Source of the DNA: Vicugna vicugna
Taxonomy: Eukaryota
Assembly: GCA_013265495.1 (NCBI GenBank)
Contig: MU058423.1
Span: 7,760,721 to 7,824,720 of the forward strand
DNA length: 64,000 nt
Direction: 5' to 3'
In this document: one piece after another, positions 60,771-64,000 of the stretch
How positions within the stretch are numbered: the first letter of the stretch is position 1
Layout: the number at the start of each line of letters is the position of its first letter
The notes under the pieces: model-generated
Databases searched by the model: none
What the model saw: only the letters and a program-made list of their open reading frames with translations
What the model was told of the DNA's origin: nothing
Position numbers and translations under genes: made by a program

Positions 60771-62489
60771 TCACATGATTTCTCTGAGGAAAAATGATTA
60801 CTGATTGATTAAAGTCCACAATGAGATTCATGTAAAAGCTCTCTGCATAACTGCTCTCTGCTAATTGAACTACACCTGACCTTAAAAGCCCAAACAAATA
60901 TGCAGGGAGGCTAATTCTGTACCAGTTTTCAGGGATTCTGGTTGCCTTTGTTTTCTAAAGCTCTATAGCAAAATTTTCTGCTACTATCATGAGCTTGCTT
61001 CCTAGAATTCTGCTGCCATTACTCAAAAGATTGACCCAGAAGATGCATTGCTACTAAGGATGCTGGTAGCTCCCAGATAATGGCTTCTGGTTGATATCAC
61101 CTTTTGGAAGTCAATTTCCCCCTGGTGTGATAGTTTAACAGGCTGACCAACACATATGACTGCCTGTGCGCTTTGGGGACTCCTCATGGTAACTGTGTAT
61201 CTGTTTCCTCTGGCACTGGCAAGATCTATAGCAGATAGTCTGGGCAGAGGTTAGCTCATCACTGCACACCAAACAATATCCTGAAAGGAAGCAAGTGACC
61301 ACTGAACCAACAATTTGGAATAAACAATCCTCTACATCATGCCTTTAATTAAAAATACTGCCTGAACCTCTCTTTCGAGGTATAGTATTACATTTTGACT
61401 CCTTCTAAGGCATAAAATCTCACTTTGGACCTCTCTAAAGACGTGTCAATTTCCAGAGGTTTATGCTCTTGCATTAAAATGGAAGCGTTCGTGTTCAGTG
61501 GTGGCTTCTCTGGGACATGCACTGAGGAAGACTCGTAAATCCCACTATGCCTCTGAGCAGGCTCTCAATTCCTGAGCTGCATCTAATGTGATGTCACCTG
61601 CCACACACAGCCTAAACCAGTCATAATTACCAAATACAGAAAACTCACCCAGCAAAGTCTGAGGAAATCTGAATAGTCCTACAACTTTGTAACAATGATA
61701 TTAAAGTCACAACTAAGCTTTAATAAAAAATGTGTTGTATAAATAATATCTAAAAAAAAGATATATTCCATTAAATGTCTAACTATTGATGTGCCATGTA
61801 GCCAACTAATTTACCTTAAAATACATAAACTAAGATCATGTTTAAGATTATGCACACAACAATTTGGGGGTATTTAATTACAAAACAGGTTGATATTAAA
61901 AATACCACTGAAATCTGTAAGCCCAGAATAGGTTTTATCTAATTATCATTTTCTCTTCATTCTCGTATTTCAAAATGATTATACAACATTTTCTCACAAA
62001 CGTTAAAATACATAAATGTAACATATGATGATTTTTTTTATTTACTAATGCCATTTTGAAATATAGCTCTTTGAAAAGCTAGGCTTTAAGATGTAATAAT
62101 GGCCTCAAAAAAATCTGAACATCTTTAACCAGAACAAAATACATGTTCTGTATTTTTATCTATTGATCTCCAGCTTATAAAACAGAGGTCAAGGTACCTT
62201 GACCAGAGTCAGGAAGTCTGTCAGGACTGAGGTGGAAAGTGGATGAAAAGAGAAGAGCGTAGTTTTCCCTAAAGAGTCCTGATGGCGCCACTCTAGTGGG
62301 TTTATCTTAAATGAAGAGGAGGGTTAAAATTTTTAACTCTAGACTGTTTCAAATTAAAAATAACCATGGCTCCTGCCATTGACTACCAGTCAAATACTGC
62401 AATTATCTGCATATTTATAACTAATCTTTATATACCATTTTATTGTTCACAAAGATCTAAAACATGCAAGTTCATGTGTTCTTCAAAAT

Positions 62490-62650
62490 GACTCAATGAA
62501 GAATCTATTTACCAGTGATTATGTTTCAGGTATCATGTAAACAGTTGGTTGAGAACTAAAATTTTAACCCAAGTCACACACCTAAGAGGGTGACAGAGCT
62601 AGAAATGAGGTCCAGATATGGCGACTTCATCCCATGTTCATTCCTCTACA
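62490..62650 (-). mobile_element. MIR SINE, degraded
   Basis: 'cccaagtcacacacctaagagggtgacagagctagaaatgaggtccag'. Confidence 0.65.
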
Positions 62651-64000
62651 GAATACTCTCTCTGAGGCATTATACAGTCAATTATGTGATGTAATGATTT
62701 GTTACCTATGCAGAATCCCTTAGACAAATCATGCAGTCTCCTAAAAAGATTCAACATACAGAATTAAGATAGAATGACCAATATAGAAAAAAGTGAAAAA
62801 CTGAAATACAAAAAAGCCTAATAAACTAGATGAATGACAATATTCAATTTGGAATTTTTACATTAAAATTATCTCTCACTTTGGACAGGCTTAAACTCAT
62901 TTTTATCTTAAAACAAATACAAACAAAACAAGAGAACTAGAACTATGTAACTTACCACTCAAAATTTCTGAAGCTAATATTTATTTTTTAGCCACTCTTC
63001 TTCCCAAAGAATACAGAAATGTTTTAGTTAATCTAAGTCTGTAAAAGCACTTCAGAGGGTTTATCATTATATAGTGGCCCAGCAGCCATCACTTCTCTCA
63101 CTGTTCACTGCCCAGGTGCCTTGGGAGTTGCTGTGTGGAGGAGGGAGCTTGTGAAGGCATCCAACACTTGGCACCACCGCCTTCTGGCATTTGCCAATTC
63201 CCTCTAATACACTTTGCACTCCAAGGCTGCTCAGAGCAGGTGGCTTCCGCTGTAGGAAGAGAGCTGTGGAACGATATTCATGAAATGAATATTTATGAGC
63301 AATCCCAGTCTTCATTTTAAGTGTAAGAGAAAGATAAATTTTAAACAGAGAGAACCTTAGGAATTGCTGATCTGAGTATCCATCTTTTAAATATTTACAA
63401 CCTCCTTGTGTTACTTCTGAAATCCTTTAATCTGAAGTACAGTAAATAAATTAGGAAAGCAACACTGAATCTGCCAGAGAATTCTGATAAATTCTCTTTA
63501 GCACAAGCAAACCAGTCACTTATGTAAATAGTTTCCTCATTTTTGTGCAAATTGTTTTTCAAGCAAAGTTAAATCGTTTTGTTACTCAACTAAGATCTAG
63601 TTTATGACATTCACTTAAATTATGGTATTGAAATATTTCCTTGTAGTTACTTCAAAATTGGCAAGGCCAATTTCACTAGATTATTGGAATTTTAGGTAAA
63701 AGAATTGCTGATATTTTTCAATTCCCTTCCATACAAACATTTTTGAGGGTCTTGTTATACCTTCAAAATGGGAACAAATGGTCTAATGACAGAAAAAACA
63801 AACCCAAAATACTTGAAATAATATTGTTTTATATAGTTCAGTATAGGGATTATAAATTACCACTTCTTGTATGCAATTTACATGTGTTTGTTTAACTCTT
63901 CCTGTCTCCTAGAATATATATTTCAAGTTTTTAGATTAATGGAATTTATTTTTCAGCGCAGATTTAGGTTTAAAGAACAATTAAGCAGAAAGTAGAGTAT

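Noticed and set aside
1..64000. Prokaryotic-type systems (CRISPR arrays, operons, defence or retron loci) or an intact endogenous virus
   Set aside because: The sequence is mammalian, with no regularly spaced repeat-spacer array, no long ORFs, and only solo LTRs without recognisable gag/pol/env.

Overview
AT-rich, CpG-poor mammalian DNA, most likely from a camelid. The main clue is two short tRNA-derived SINEs matching the camelid vic-1 type; two artiodactyl-type L1 3' ends are consistent with this. I find no recognisable protein-coding exon, RNA gene or CpG island, so the window reads as intergenic DNA or part of a very large intron. The listed ORFs are short, unrecognised and often lie inside repeats. 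A large fraction is ancient interspersed repeat: MIR, L2, L3/CR1, old L1M, MaLR/ERVL/ERV1 solo LTRs and hAT-Charlie/mariner MITEs. Between these are several multi-kb stretches with no repeat I can recognise, which may hold conserved regulatory sequence. The most notable structures are: (1) an old L1 keeping both termini and a ~15-bp TSD but lacking almost all of ORF1/ORF2; (2) an L1 with a twin-priming-type inversion inside an L2; (3) MER58A and MER33 back to back, apparently sharing one 8-bp target inside an old MLT1 LTR; (4) a direct-plus-inverted micro-duplication at 51.87 kb; (5) local CpG enrichment at the window start. Repeat families were recognised from remembered consensus sequences, not from a search, and boundaries are approximate. 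I could not support a new biological system here.
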